From positions 938 to 64,937 of the forward strand of contig CALGOA010000185.1 in NCBI GenBank assembly GCA_937958015.1: a stretch of DNA of 64,000 nucleotides. Direction: 5' to 3'. Of the stretch, positions 35,677-44,719 are shown one piece after another (position 1 is the stretch's first letter; the number at the start of each line of letters is the position of its first letter). Made by a program: the position numbers and the translations under genes. Origin of the DNA: an uncultured Acidimicrobiales bacterium. Lineage in GTDB: Bacteria; Actinomycetota; Acidimicrobiia; Acidimicrobiales; SZUA-35. The notes under the pieces were generated by a model, which made no database searches, was not told where the DNA came from, and saw only the letters and a list, made by a program, of their open reading frames with translations.

Positions 35677-36672
35677 TCAGCTCAGCAACGAGTGGACTCG
35701 ACGGCGTGCGTGCGCAGCGACGGTCACCATCGGATTGACCGATGGAAGCTCCGGCAAGGTCGAAGCGTCGATGACAGGCACCTCAGTGTCGATGCCGGTG
35801 AGGGTGCAGCAGGCATGTGCGACGGGAGCGGGAGCATCGGACCGCTCCCCCACCAGGCCAACCGCTGCGAGCAGGCTTTGCGCATGAGCCGCTCCGCCAT
35901 TCAGCGTCGAACCGTCGGAATCCTCCACCATGGCAGAGACGATGAGGGCTCCGCGGGCCGGGTCTTTCCCGGCCCGTTCCAGGACCACGATCTGCACGTC
36001 ACCCCGGCGAAGAAGGGCGGTCGCCACCGGCGCATCGGTCGATCGGTTCCGCAGCCGGTCCGGCAACTCGAATTCCACGACCGCGCTCTTGTGATCTCGA
36101 AGCGGTGCGGCCTCAGCTCCGACGAGACCCGGCGACCGGAGAGCCCCAGCCGCCACGAACACGGCGCGGTCGACCCGCCATCGATCGACATCCTCCGCCG
36201 AAACGGTGGACCTGGCCTGAACCACCAGCTGTTCCGATGGCTGGAGCCAGAGATCCGCTGCGGTGAGGCGGGTGCCGTTGCGGACCATCAGGGTTGCCGC
36301 TTCACACTCCCCTCCAGCAACTGCGGCCAACTCGTCGACCAACGGTCCAACAGGGGCCGTTTCCGGCTGTATCTGACTCCAGACCCAATCGGCTTCATCC
36401 GAGCGATCGGTCGGCATTTGGACAACCATGCCGTTCACCGCCGAACCACCACCGATGCCACGTCCGGCCAGATACGGGTCATCCCACCACCAGGCGGCGG
36501 CATCGGCAGCCCGATTCAGGTCAGGGGATCGCAGGGGGGCCGGGAGCGGACCGGCGGAACCGGCCTCGATGATCGCGACCGAATATCCGAGCTCAAGCGC
36601 CGTTGCCGCCGCCGCGCATCCAGCAACACCGGCACCGACGATGATTACGTCGGCGTCCGGATTGCGGGGCAT
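35677..36672 (-). CDS. FAD-dependent oxidoreductase, short GMC-like protein
   Basis: N-terminal Rossmann DVIIVGAGVAGCAAAATALELGYSVAIIEAG and a GMC C-terminal-type ending VIDASTLPELPSVNPMVTVAAHARR. It is only 331 aa long. Confidence 0.6.
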   Translation of the reverse strand: MPRNPDADVIIVGAGVAGCAAAATALELGYSVAIIEAGSAGPLPAPLRSPDLNRAADAAAWWWDDPYLAGRGIGGGSAVNGMVVQMPTDRSDEADWVWSQIQPETAPVGPLVDELAAVAGGECEAATLMVRNGTRLTAADLWLQPSEQLVVQARSTVSAEDVDRWRVDRAVFVAAGALRSPGLVGAEAAPLRDHKSAVVEFELPDRLRNRSTDAPVATALLRRGDVQIVVLERAGKDPARGALIVSAMVEDSDGSTLNGGAAHAQSLLAAVGLVGERSDAPAPVAHACCTLTGIDTEVPVIDASTLPELPSVNPMVTVAAHARRRVHSLLS

Positions 36673-36677
36673 GGTGT

Positions 36678-38222
36678 CTAACTTGCGCGGAGCTGCCGGC
36701 GCAGAATCTTTCCGCTGGCCGACTTGGGAATCGAGTCGACGAACTCGACCAGTCGAATCTTCTTGTACGACGCCACGTGTCCGGCAACGAATTCCATGAT
36801 GTCCTCGGCCGAGGCGTCCGCGTCGGGTTTCAGCACCACGAACGCCTTCGGCAACTCGCCCGCTTCGATCTCGGGAACCCCAATCACGGCGACATCCGCC
36901 ACCGCCGGATGTGTCACGATGAGCGCCTCCAACTCGGCCGGCGGGACCTGGAATCCCTTGTACTTGATCAGCTCTTTGACCCGGTCAACGATGTACATGT
37001 GGCCGTCGGAGTCGAAACGGGCGACGTCGCCGGTGTGTAACCAACCGTCCTCGTCGATCGTGTTGGCCGTCGCCTCTTCATTGTTGAGGTAGCCCTTCAT
37101 CACCTGGGGGCCCCGGATCAGCAGCTCACCCTCGCCGTCGACACCCTGATCGGTGCCGTCCTCGGCGACGATGCGACATTCGGTACTGGGCGCCGTAACG
37201 CCGTTGGATCCGGGCTTCACGTCCGTTCCGACGGTCGCATGGCTGATCGGGCTGAGCTCGGTCATGCCATAGCCCTGGACGACCACACATCCCACCCGGG
37301 CAGCAGCCTCCTCAGCCACTTCACCACCGAGCGGGGCAGCACCGCTGAAGATCTTGCGCAGCGATGACACGTCGTAGTTGTCGACCAGCGGACTCTTGGC
37401 CAGTCCCAACACGATCGGCGGCACGGCATAGAACTGGGTGACGCCGTGCTGTTGGATGAGCGACAACGCTTCCTCCATATCGAAGCGGGGCATGGTCACG
37501 ACGGTGACGCCGTCGGCTAGCAACCCATTCATGAGCACCTGCATGCCATAGATGTGAAAGAACGGCAACACCGCCAGTGCAACTTCACCCGGCTCGTAGG
37601 CGAGCATGGCGTTGCTCTGCACCAGGTTGGCGACACAGTTGTAGTGCGTCAGCATGACACCCTTTGGCAGGCCCGTCGTGCCGGAGGAATAGGGAAGCAC
37701 GATCACGTGGTCCTGCGGATCCACCTCGACCTGGGCGATCGGTTCACCCATCAGATCCGTCATTGAACGCAGACCCGCGACAGCGCCGATCGTAACGACC
37801 TCGGTCGCTGAAGAACCCTCGGCTGCTGAGACCGCGGTTTCAGCAAATGGCGACGCAGCGATGACCATGGTTGCGTTCGCATCGTTGAGCTGGAATCGAA
37901 CCTCCTCGGCACCGTAGGTAGGGTTGATAGTGGTGACCGTTCCGCCGGCCACAGCGACCGCGTGGAAAACGATGGTGTATTCGGGCATGTTGGGAGCCAT
38001 GAGTCCAACCGACACCCCTGGCTTGACGCCCTCCGCCTGCAGACCGCCGGCCAACCGATAGATGGCATCGGTCAGCTCCGCAAAGGTCCACGTGCCGCCG
38101 GTTGCACCGTCGATCATGGCGATACGGGTGGCGGATGGGTCATCGCCGAAGACGAACTCGGTCAACGGAACGACCGGGACCTCAACATCCGGAAGTGGAC
38201 TCTTGAACACATACTCAGCCAT
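36678..38222 (-). CDS. AMP-binding acyl-CoA / 4-coumarate-CoA ligase-like enzyme
   Basis: The start was trimmed to ATG 38222 (MAEYVFKSPLPDVE). Motifs: LPYSSGTTGLPKGVMLTH, GYGMTE, GWLHTGDV, KYKGFQVPPAELE. Confidence 0.9.
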   Translation of the reverse strand: MAEYVFKSPLPDVEVPVVPLTEFVFGDDPSATRIAMIDGATGGTWTFAELTDAIYRLAGGLQAEGVKPGVSVGLMAPNMPEYTIVFHAVAVAGGTVTTINPTYGAEEVRFQLNDANATMVIAASPFAETAVSAAEGSSATEVVTIGAVAGLRSMTDLMGEPIAQVEVDPQDHVIVLPYSSGTTGLPKGVMLTHYNCVANLVQSNAMLAYEPGEVALAVLPFFHIYGMQVLMNGLLADGVTVVTMPRFDMEEALSLIQQHGVTQFYAVPPIVLGLAKSPLVDNYDVSSLRKIFSGAAPLGGEVAEEAAARVGCVVVQGYGMTELSPISHATVGTDVKPGSNGVTAPSTECRIVAEDGTDQGVDGEGELLIRGPQVMKGYLNNEEATANTIDEDGWLHTGDVARFDSDGHMYIVDRVKELIKYKGFQVPPAELEALIVTHPAVADVAVIGVPEIEAGELPKAFVVLKPDADASAEDIMEFVAGHVASYKKIRLVEFVDSIPKSASGKILRRQLRAS

Positions 38223-38324
38223 CCGAAGAGAGTAACGGGGATGGCACCGTCGAGACGCAACGGACAGGGCCAGTTCTGGGCATTTTTGGGAATGCCGGAC
38301 GTAGGTAGAACGGTTCGTGCCTGT

Positions 38325-39797
38325 ATGGATGCCCCCTCCTCCAGCCGAACTTCGCAACGCCTTCTCCGGTTTGTGGCGCTAGTTCTTGGCGTCGGCATGG
38401 TGGCCGCCGCCTGCACCACCTCCACCCCCGACGGTGAATCGGCCGAAACGACCGAAACCACCGAAGCCGCAGCACCCAGCACCACCGTGGTGATCCCCGC
38501 TCTGCCAACCGGGGCGCAGCAGGACTTCGGTGACCCGCCATCGATTCCGGACGGACCCCTCACCCCCGAGGTGAACGATGCGATCGAATCGCTTTTTGGA
38601 CCAACCCTCGAGGATGGCCTGTTCGACTCCAACGAACTGGAAGCGCTCGATGTTCTGGGCAACTCCGGAGACGTGCGGGTGGGTTGGCTGCTCAGCGATC
38701 TGCTCAACTTCGTGCGCGGCGAGGACACCCGTCCCGGTGTCGCCAACAACGCCACCAAACTCCTCGACATCACCATCCAGCCGCCCGATGACCGCCAGCA
38801 GATCACCGATCGCCTGATCGCATGGGATGTCCCGGCGCCGCCCGACTACTTCCGACACAAGAAGCGCCTCTTCAGCTTTGTGGAGCGGGATTGGGAGCCG
38901 TTCTTCGATGAAGCCGGCGATGTCGACTGGCGTTACATCGGTTGGGGTGGTGTCTTCATCGATGACCGTCCATTCGGTCAGACCGATCAGCCGTGCCCCT
39001 CGAGGGGTTGCATCCCGGCGATCGACAATCCGCCTGCCTCGATCGCTTCGGGAGGCGACTGGTACCCGGACGACGCATTCGTCTTTGGCGTGGAGATCAA
39101 CGGTGAAACCCGCGCCTACCCCCGCCACATCATGGAGATCCGGGAGATGGTCAACGACACCCTCGGGGGCCGCGACTTCGCAATGCCATACTGCACACTC
39201 TGTGGTTCAGCCCAGGTCTTCTTCACCGATGAAGTGGAAGGGTTCGACCGTCCGGTGATGCGAACAAGCGGTCTGCTCAACCGATCGAACAAGGTGATGT
39301 TCGACCTGCGCACCAACAGCGTGTTCGACACCTTCCTGGGCGCCGCGGTCACCGGCCCGATGGCAGCCGCAGGAGTGGTGCTCCCCCAGGCGTCGGTCGT
39401 CACCACCACCTGGGGCGAGTGGAAAGAGGAACACCCCGAGACCTCGATCCTTCGGGAAGAGCTCGCGCTCGGCCAGGGACTCAACCCGCTCCGGGGCCGC
39501 GATGACAACGGACCCATCTTCCCGATCGGTGATGTCGATCCCCGCCTGCCCGTGCAGGAACCAATCCTGGGCGTGATCTCACCCGACAGTGGCGAACCGA
39601 TCGCCTTCCACGTGGCCACCGCCGTCGCAACTTTGGCCAATGGCGAAACAATCGAGGTCGACGGCATCACGATCCTCCCCGCAGCCGGCGGAATCCGCGC
39701 CGTCAACGACGACGGTGACGACCTCGGAGGCCATCAGGCGTTCTGGTTCGCATGGTCCCAGTTCCACCCCGACACCAACCTGTGGCCCGCAAGCTGA
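38325..39797 (+). CDS. DUF3179 domain lipoprotein
   Basis: The signal/lipobox region is LRFVALVLGVGMVAAAC. The DUF3179 core is CIPAIDNPP...VFGVEINGETRAYPRHIMEIREMVNDTLGG...YCTLCGS. The track ORF from 37962 is antisense to the neighbouring ligase. Confidence 0.75.
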   Translation: MDAPSSSRTSQRLLRFVALVLGVGMVAAACTTSTPDGESAETTETTEAAAPSTTVVIPALPTGAQQDFGDPPSIPDGPLTPEVNDAIESLFGPTLEDGLFDSNELEALDVLGNSGDVRVGWLLSDLLNFVRGEDTRPGVANNATKLLDITIQPPDDRQQITDRLIAWDVPAPPDYFRHKKRLFSFVERDWEPFFDEAGDVDWRYIGWGGVFIDDRPFGQTDQPCPSRGCIPAIDNPPASIASGGDWYPDDAFVFGVEINGETRAYPRHIMEIREMVNDTLGGRDFAMPYCTLCGSAQVFFTDEVEGFDRPVMRTSGLLNRSNKVMFDLRTNSVFDTFLGAAVTGPMAAAGVVLPQASVVTTTWGEWKEEHPETSILREELALGQGLNPLRGRDDNGPIFPIGDVDPRLPVQEPILGVISPDSGEPIAFHVATAVATLANGETIEVDGITILPAAGGIRAVNDDGDDLGGHQAFWFAWSQFHPDTNLWPAS

Positions 39798-39807
39798 CGA
39801 AACTCCC

Positions 39808-40257
39808 TCACCCCGCCCGTACGTACACGATGAAACCGGCGTGTTCGGCCATCTTGTCGTAGAGGCGTCGTCCGGCTTCATTCGTGTCCTGGGTGTGCCA
39901 GTACACACGACCAGAGCCCGCGGCATCCGCTGCGAGATACACCCCTTCGATCAGTGATCGTCCGATCCCCTGCCCGCGAACGCCTGGTGAGGTGAACAGG
40001 TCCTGCATGTAACACGACAGGTTCATCTGGGTCGTGTTGCGATGAAACAGGTAGTGAGCGAGACCCACGAGCCGATCACCGTCCGCTGCCACCAGTCCGT
40101 GAACCGGTTCGTTCGGATCGAAGAAGCGCTCCCACAGCACGTCGGTAATGGCACGGGGCAGCGCCGTATCCGCCTCGCGGCCATAGAACGCGTTGTAGCC
40201 GTCCCACAAGGGCAGCCATTGGTCAAAATCGTCTCGGCTGACCGGTCGCACCTGCAT
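39808..40257 (-). CDS. GNAT family N-acetyltransferase
   Basis: MQVRPVSRDDFDQWLPLWDGYNAFYG...VRGQGIGRSLIEGVY...AGRRLYDK. The start was trimmed from 40347. Confidence 0.8.
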   Translation of the reverse strand: MQVRPVSRDDFDQWLPLWDGYNAFYGREADTALPRAITDVLWERFFDPNEPVHGLVAADGDRLVGLAHYLFHRNTTQMNLSCYMQDLFTSPGVRGQGIGRSLIEGVYLAADAAGSGRVYWHTQDTNEAGRRLYDKMAEHAGFIVYVRAG

Positions 40258-40280
40258 GGGACCGAACCTTAGGCGCAGAA

Positions 40281-41612
40281 CTACTCCAGCCGAATGGGGC
40301 TGTCGTTGAAGATCCGTGAACCGTGGGGGTCGTTGCGATGTTTCCATCTGTGATGGAATCGGCAGAGCAGCTGACCATTGCTGATGAGCGTCTGGCCGCC
40401 ATGTTCATGGGGTTCTATGTGGTCGTACTCACACGTTGTTCGGCGACACCCGGGCTGCCGACAGCGGTTGTCGCGTAAGCGGATCAACCGTTTCTGAACC
40501 TCACCGAAGTGCCGACCGCCGACTCGGTCTTTGGCGATGTTGCCGTCCCTATCTACGACGTGGATTCGGATCCGGGCGCCGTCGACTCGCATTCGTTCAA
40601 CGATCACCGGAGGGAGGTAGGTTCCTCTCGCCGTTCGGGGCGCATCGATGGCCGAGAACCCGAGATCATGAGGGTCGGGCACCGTCCGGCGTCCGACGTT
40701 GCGGGCCCGAAGTCGTGCGAGTTTGGATTGGGCTTTCCATACCGCTTGGACCGCTCTGCGTTCTTCGTCATCGTCGCGATCGGTGATCATCTCGGATCGA
40801 TGGTGGCCTGAACCTGTCGGGTTCTCAGGGGTGAGGACTTCCAGATGGGCCCGATACTTCCCGTCGGGATTGAGAACGAGTTCTACCACTGCGTGACCCA
40901 GCGCCTGGGACGGCAGGTCGGCGGCCGTTTTGTGCTGGTGAGCTTGGGTTTCGATTGTGTCGATGAACGGCTCGGCGTGTTCGGGACCGACTGCGCCGGA
41001 GTAGTGCACCGAGCCGAAGACGTCGAACCCGTACTGAAAGTGTTGTTTGGCCTGCTGCTCGAGGAAGCGTTCCAAGCCCTCGTCTTCATCAGCGTGGTTC
41101 TCCCAGCGAGCGAGGTAGTCGGCGAACTCTTCCGGCGTGCACATTCCAGCCAGGTCACACAGATCGGACTCGGCCGAGTTGAACTGGAACCGGTCGATCC
41201 GTCGCCAGACCCGATGGACCACCTCGATATGGGCTGCGGTGATCCGCCCGGCCAGCAGGGCTGAGTAAAAGATCGGGTACCGGCCCGCCGCTGAACCAAT
41301 GAGGTCCAACTGCGAGCCGTGGCGCCGGCTGATACGACAACCGGTGTTCAACGCGGCCACCATTGAGGATTCGCCCTTGGTGAGAGAACATGCCGTTTGT
41401 TCGCCGACAGAAACGAACCCGCCGGAGACGGCCAGAGCCAACTGGGCTGTGGCGACAAGGTCGATCGTGTGGTCCGCGAACTCCTCCCGACCGAACTGGC
41501 TGCAATCGGTGTTGGCCAGCGTCAGAAGACGAGAAGCCGCCTCGGCCAGGACGGCGCGCTCCTCCACGAGCAGCTCCTGCGCGCCCGCATCTTGTTCCGC
41601 CAACAACTCCAT
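40281..41612 (-). CDS. DUF222 domain HNH endonuclease (REP13E12-type)
   Basis: 443-aa ORF with a C-terminal HNH motif (CRQPGCRRTTCEYDHIEPHEHGGQTLISNGQLLCRFHHRWKH) and an N-terminal DUF222-like helical region. Confidence 0.8.
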   Translation of the reverse strand: MELLAEQDAGAQELLVEERAVLAEAASRLLTLANTDCSQFGREEFADHTIDLVATAQLALAVSGGFVSVGEQTACSLTKGESSMVAALNTGCRISRRHGSQLDLIGSAAGRYPIFYSALLAGRITAAHIEVVHRVWRRIDRFQFNSAESDLCDLAGMCTPEEFADYLARWENHADEDEGLERFLEQQAKQHFQYGFDVFGSVHYSGAVGPEHAEPFIDTIETQAHQHKTAADLPSQALGHAVVELVLNPDGKYRAHLEVLTPENPTGSGHHRSEMITDRDDDEERRAVQAVWKAQSKLARLRARNVGRRTVPDPHDLGFSAIDAPRTARGTYLPPVIVERMRVDGARIRIHVVDRDGNIAKDRVGGRHFGEVQKRLIRLRDNRCRQPGCRRTTCEYDHIEPHEHGGQTLISNGQLLCRFHHRWKHRNDPHGSRIFNDSPIRLE

Positions 41613-41709
41613 ACCTCACCATAAAGGAGGGGTCTGACAGAGTTCGGCGAGGGCGGCTCGCGGGGAATCCCCCAAACTCCCCTAGGGGGAAACGATCACA
41701 CCTTCGGTC

Positions 41710-41739
41710 GTCATACTATGGCTATCGCCATAGTATGAC
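41710..41739. promoter_or_regulatory. perfect 13-4-13 palindrome immediately upstream of the thioesterase start codon (candidate operator / bidirectional -10 region)
   Basis: GTCATACTATGGC-TATC-GCCATAGTATGAC. Each arm carries TAGTAT (TANNNT-type -10) pointing outward. The right-hand copy ends 6 nt before GTG 41743. Confidence 0.55.
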
Positions 41740-41742
41740 CTC

Positions 41743-42528
41743 GTGATCTTCTCCAAAGCGACCGCTGCCCGCCGTGCTGAGAACGGGGAATGGCTTACCG
41801 AGGTCCAGCCGGGCTGGGATATCGGCGGCAATGCCAACGGTGGGTATCTGCTGGCGCTGGCCGGTCGGGCAATGGCAAACGCAGCCGAGCGGCCCGACGT
41901 GGCGTCGTTGACGGCCCACTATCTACGCCCCGGGATTCCCGGGCCCCATCGGCTTCAGGCGAACGTCGCGAAAACCGGCCGCAGATTCACCACGGTCCAG
42001 GGAACGCTGACCGGCGAGAAGCCGGTGCTGTCCCTGGTCGGTTCCTTTACCGACCATGCCGAGACCACCGATGACCGAAGCGTCATGCTGATGCCACCGA
42101 TCGACCTTCCGGATCCGGATCGATGCATCAAGATCGAAGCAACCGACACCTTTCCGCCCCCGGTCATGGGCAAGGTCGACCTCCGCCTCCATCCCGACGA
42201 CAGCTTCTACGACGGACCCAGCGGCACCCCGCAGATGCGGGGGTGGGTACGGCTACTCGATGACGAACCGTTGGACTCGGTCGCGCTGCTTCTGATCTCG
42301 GACATCTTCCCGCCCACGGTGTTTAATGCCAACTTCAACGTGGCCTGGGTTCCCACCCTCGAACTGACCGTTCACGTCAGAAACCGCCCGGTCCCCGGGT
42401 GGCTGCGATGTGAGTTCACGTCCCGGTTCGTCACCGGTGGGTTCGTGGAGGAGGACGGGCTGATGTGGGACGAAAACGACACCCTGGTCGCACAGTCCCG
42501 CCAGATCGCGCTGCTGCCGCGGGACTGA
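41743..42528 (+). CDS. acyl-CoA thioesterase-like (hot-dog, thioesterase-like superfamily) protein
   Basis: 261-aa ORF with a GTG start and N-terminal WDIGGNANGGYLLALAGRA, typical of the double hot-dog thioesterase family. Confidence 0.6.
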   Translation: MIFSKATAARRAENGEWLTEVQPGWDIGGNANGGYLLALAGRAMANAAERPDVASLTAHYLRPGIPGPHRLQANVAKTGRRFTTVQGTLTGEKPVLSLVGSFTDHAETTDDRSVMLMPPIDLPDPDRCIKIEATDTFPPPVMGKVDLRLHPDDSFYDGPSGTPQMRGWVRLLDDEPLDSVALLLISDIFPPTVFNANFNVAWVPTLELTVHVRNRPVPGWLRCEFTSRFVTGGFVEEDGLMWDENDTLVAQSRQIALLPRD

Positions 42529-42588
42529 ACCGGGTCGGACCCACGCAAGGTCCGCGGCCCACCGGGCGGGGTCGCGTAGCTTTTCACC

Positions 42589-43605
42589 ATGCCTCAGGAC
42601 CTCGATCTGACAGCAGCCTGTGGATCGCGTCCCGGCCTGCTCTGCGAGTTCGTCTTCGAACAGACCGACTCCGACATCGCCGCCCGTATCGCCACCTGGC
42701 TGGTCGACAAGCCGCTCCGGATCCTTCTGATCCTCACCGTCGCATGGCTGATTCGCTGGTTCCTGTTTCGTGCTATCGACCGCTTCGTCAGCCGGATCGC
42801 CGAAGACGAAGACCGTCGGGTGACCCCGCTGCCCGACGAGATCACCTCGGTCGCCGGTCGTCGGGCCCTTCGCGAGCACACGCTGGCGTCGCGGGCTGCC
42901 CAGCGGGCCGTCACGATCGGCGAAGTGCTGCGCAGCGGAGCCTCGCTGGTGATCTTCCTTTTGGCCGGGCTGCTGGCGCTATCAGAGCTGGACCTGAACC
43001 TCGCTCCCCTGATCGCCAGCGCCGGTATCGCCGGCCTCGCCATCGGCTTCGGCGCCCAGAGCATGGTGAAGGACTTCCTAGCGGGCATCTTCATCATCTT
43101 TGAAGATCAGTTCGGAGTGGGCGACATCGTCGACACCGGGCTGGCGATGGGCAAGGTCGAGGAGGTCTCCCTTCGTACGACCCGCTTGCGGGACCAGTCG
43201 GGAACGCTGTGGATCGTTCCGAACGGTGAAATCCAGAGAGTCGGCAACACCAGCCAGCTCTGGTCGAATGCGGTCATCGACGTCGAGGTCGCCTACGAAA
43301 CCAACCTCGACTACGCGATCAAAGTCATCAAGGACACCCTCGATGAGATCTGGAAAGAGAACGACCCGAGAGCCACGGTGATCGCCGAACCGGATGTGCT
43401 GGGCGTGGATCGTCTGGGTGATTCCAGCGTCGTCATCCGGGCGGTAGTGAAAACCGAACCGGCCGAACAGTGGGTCATGGGCCGCATCGCCCGCAAACGC
43501 CTCAAGGAAGCCCTCGATGAGGCGGGAATCGAGATCCCGTTCCCGCAACGCACCGTGTGGGTCCGCTCGGACCAGCCGCTCGATCCAGCTCAGTTGGCTG
43601 GCTGA
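42589..43605 (+). CDS. mechanosensitive ion channel (MscS family)
   Basis: 338-aa ORF with TM helices followed by AGIFIIFEDQFGVGDIVDTG...GKVEEVSLRTTRLRDQSGTLWIVPNGEI. Confidence 0.85.
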   Translation: MPQDLDLTAACGSRPGLLCEFVFEQTDSDIAARIATWLVDKPLRILLILTVAWLIRWFLFRAIDRFVSRIAEDEDRRVTPLPDEITSVAGRRALREHTLASRAAQRAVTIGEVLRSGASLVIFLLAGLLALSELDLNLAPLIASAGIAGLAIGFGAQSMVKDFLAGIFIIFEDQFGVGDIVDTGLAMGKVEEVSLRTTRLRDQSGTLWIVPNGEIQRVGNTSQLWSNAVIDVEVAYETNLDYAIKVIKDTLDEIWKENDPRATVIAEPDVLGVDRLGDSSVVIRAVVKTEPAEQWVMGRIARKRLKEALDEAGIEIPFPQRTVWVRSDQPLDPAQLAG

Positions 43606-44579
43606 AACACCCGCACCCAGTCGATTTCAAAGTCTGCCGGCCACGGCGTTGTGGCGTCCGGCGAACCGGAGTAGTCGCCACCGATCGCCAGGTTCAGGCG
43701 GAAGAAGAACGGCTGGTCGAACGGGGCATCCCCACCGCCGACCGACGAGGGCCACCCCTCGATCGCGTGGTGCTGAAGACCATCGATGAAGAACACCATC
43801 CGGCCGGGCTCCCAGAGCAGCCCGAAGGTGTGAAACTCGTCCGCGAACCCCTGACCAGGGACCGCCCGGACGTCTCTGGGGTTCTGGTCCCGGATGTTGT
43901 CGGGGCCGAGATAGTGAATATTGACCCGGGCGACGTCGGGCTCATCGCCCCGCACTTCCATCAGGTCGATCTCGCCACTGTTGGGCCACCGGCCGTACAC
44001 ATCGTCGTTTGGCGACATCCAGATCGCCGGCCAGAGCCCGCGACCCTCGGGAACCCGCGCTCGGACCTCGAACCAGCCCTGGGTGAATCGCGCCAGATCT
44101 TCCGACGTCACCATCCCTGAGCTGTATTGACGGGTGTCGCCGTTTGGGCAGGTCGTCGTTTCGGCCCGGCCTGTGAGCACCAGCAGGCCATCCCGAACAT
44201 CGGTATTGGCGGGGGTGTAGCAGTGCAGGCTGTTGTTGCCGTCTCCGAACGTACTGTTCTCGATCCGCCAGTTCCTCGGATCGATCGTTGGTTCCAGGAA
44301 TTCGTCCCGCCACACCAGTTCGTATCCGGGCGGAGCTTCGACCTCGGGCAGCACGATCGGTGGTTCGGTGGTGGTGGTCGGCTCGGTGGTTGTCGGCTCG
44401 GCGGTTGTCGCGGTTGTCGTGGTCGCCGGAACGGTGGTGGCGGCGGACGTAGTTGGTGCCTCAGGAGCGCCTGCGTCGTCGGATTGGGCCGGTAGCACCT
44501 CCGACGACGATGCACCATTGGTGCACCCGATGACCACGATCCCGAGAACAACCGCACCTGCACGCCGCCACAAACCCAT
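43590..44579 (-). CDS. glycoside hydrolase family 16 lipoprotein (beta-glucanase/laminarinase-like)
   Basis: The start was trimmed to ATG 44579 because the track ORF runs through the tRNA-Leu gene. The lipobox is VVLGIVVIGC, followed by a Thr/Pro-rich linker. The catalytic motif is GEIDLMEV, with WPAIWM. Confidence 0.8.
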   Translation of the reverse strand: MGLWRRAGAVVLGIVVIGCTNGASSSEVLPAQSDDAGAPEAPTTSAATTVPATTTTATTAEPTTTEPTTTTEPPIVLPEVEAPPGYELVWRDEFLEPTIDPRNWRIENSTFGDGNNSLHCYTPANTDVRDGLLVLTGRAETTTCPNGDTRQYSSGMVTSEDLARFTQGWFEVRARVPEGRGLWPAIWMSPNDDVYGRWPNSGEIDLMEVRGDEPDVARVNIHYLGPDNIRDQNPRDVRAVPGQGFADEFHTFGLLWEPGRMVFFIDGLQHHAIEGWPSSVGGGDAPFDQPFFFRLNLAIGGDYSGSPDATTPWPADFEIDWVRVFQPAN

Positions 44580-44623
44580 CCCTGAAGTTGTATCAGAGGC
44601 GTATCCTGCGGAGACACCATCCC

Positions 44624-44706
44624 GCCCGGATGGCGGAATGGCAGACGCAGAGGTCTTAAACACCTTGGCCCGGAAGGGCGTGTGGGTTCGAATCCCACTC
44701 CGGGCA
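44624..44706 (+). tRNA. tRNA-Leu (anticodon UAA), class II with long variable arm
   Basis: Acceptor GCCCGGA/TCCGGGC, D arm TGGCGGAATGGCAGACGC, anticodon stem GAGGT/ACCTT with loop CTTAAAC, variable arm GGCCCGGAAGGGC, T arm GTGGG-TTCGAAT-CCCAC. Confidence 0.9.
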
Positions 44707-44719
44707 CGCTCGGGGATTG

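Noticed and set aside
37962-38324. N-terminal 121-codon extension of the DUF3179 ORF
   Set aside because: The extension is antisense to the 5' end of the acyl-CoA ligase gene. The signal peptide/lipobox begins only after ATG 38325.
44580-44663. Upstream extension of the GH16 ORF
   Set aside because: The extension would run through the tRNA-Leu gene on the opposite strand. ATG 44579 gives a normal lipoprotein signal peptide.
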